This document shows positions 23,340 to 24,314 of a stretch of DNA of 24,314 nt, piece by piece (positions within the stretch are counted from its first letter, which is position 1; each line of letters starts with the position of its first letter). The DNA is from Bugula neritina (taxonomy: Eukaryota > Animalia > Bryozoa). Position numbers and translations under genes: made by a program. The stretch is taken from NCBI GenBank assembly GCA_964035545.1, contig CAXIUT010000066.1, positions 1-24,314 on the forward strand. Reading direction: 5' to 3'. The notes below the pieces were generated by a model. The model was not told the DNA's origin and did not search any database. It saw only the letters and a list, made by a program, of their open reading frames with translations.

Positions 23340-24110
23340 TCAACAAAATTTATTTTTCCTTTCCAGAAATCGATCTTTACTTCCATCAACTCTGAGATCT
23401 TTCATATATATTTTTTGAGAATAATTATTTTTGATTCTAGTTTAAAATTCTATCAACTAATTGAGTTAAAGATGTCCTTTATTATTGAATCTTCTTTTAC
23501 TTTATCCTTTTTTGATTGAATCTTTGATATGACTTCCTTATTAATTTTTCATATTTTTGCCATAGAAAGTGACGAGTTAAGGTACTTTTTTTTATTATTT
23601 TTATTTAGAAAATTTGAATCCATGACCGTAGAGAGTCATGGCAGCATTGAAATTCAAATGATTATTTTTTTTATTTAAACTATTAGAAATAGGTTTGATT
23701 CTAAAGTTATGTTTTTAATGAGATAGATTATTGAAGTAGGCTGTATTTCTCATTTTTTATTCATTTTTTATTTTACTAAATAAATTCTTTTTTGGTTCAA
23801 TAACATCTCTAAATGTTTACTTAGTTAATTGTTCATTAATATTATTTTTTTATTTTTTTTAGTCATCACCGCAATCGATTGATTAGTTTACACTTTATTC
23901 TTATATTTATTCTATAAAATAATTTGTTCCTGCTATGTTTTGATGTTGACTATGGCTCAACATACTATTTTCATATAAACTTTATTATTTCTACTATTCT
24001 TCTTATTAGTTGTTTTTGAAGTTTACATTGGACATGTACTCCTAGAGAGTCATTCCTTTTGTAAATGTAGAACCTGAAACTTCTGACTATTCGCTTTGGA
24101 CTTTACTCAT
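23340..24110 (-). CDS. Hypothetical Glu/Lys/Asn-rich protein, 256 aa
   Basis: TGA-free frame from ATG 24110 to TGA 23340-23342 under TAR=Glu. Confidence 0.7.
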
Positions 24111-24203
24111 TCAACAAAAATATAAATAAATGTAAAACCGAAATATGTTCTTATTCAAACCAAATTCAATACTGAATATATTAATCAATATTTAAATATT
24201 TAT

Positions 24204-24314
24204 GGGGTTGGGGTTGGGGTTGGGGTTGGGGTTGGGGTTGGGGTTGGGGTTGGGGTTGGGGTTGGGGTTGGGGTTGGGGTTGGGGTTGGGGTTGGGGTTG
24301 GGGTTGGGGTTGGG
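24204..24314. repeat. Right telomere, (GGGGTT)n
   Basis: Perfect G4T2 repeats to the window end. Confidence 0.98.

Noticed and set aside
403-24110. Standard ciliate code (TAR=Gln, table 6) or a split code (TAA=Lys, TAG=Glu)
   Set aside because: Both TAA and TAG align with GAA/GAG in paralogs, interchange with each other, and occupy invariant Glu sites, while conserved Gln sites use CAR.
1-24314. Linear plasmid, virus or transposon; tRNA or rRNA genes
   Set aside because: No transposase, polymerase, capsid or structured-RNA signature was recognised; the content is ordinary intron-containing nuclear genes.

Overview
AT-rich ciliate macronuclear DNA capped by (CCCCAA)n/(TTGGGG)n telomeres. The supplied standard-code ORF track is mostly misleading. 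TAA and TAG are sense codons here, and several independent lines of evidence show they encode Glu (peritrich-type code, NCBI table 30), not Gln; TGA is the only stop. Read this way, with tiny introns (19-23 nt, mostly exactly 20 nt), the window is almost entirely coding. Genes in order: cyclin, CCDC12/Cwf18-like splicing factor, RCC1-repeat/coiled-coil protein, myotubularin, a ~1356-aa protein with VHS/GAT-like helical regions and an alpha-adaptin-ear-like C-terminus, a zinc-finger low-complexity protein, two tandem MBOAT lysophospholipid acyltransferases, two EF-hand paralogs flanking an LRR gene built from 81-bp exons, a TMEM128-like gene, three hypotheticals, a truncated PADR1 gene and a final hypothetical. 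An internal G-rich telomere at 22653-22721 indicates a complete ~22.7-kb minichromosome (1-22721) joined to a broken 1.6-kb end of another chromosome. All family calls come from manual translation and motif recognition; no searches were run.
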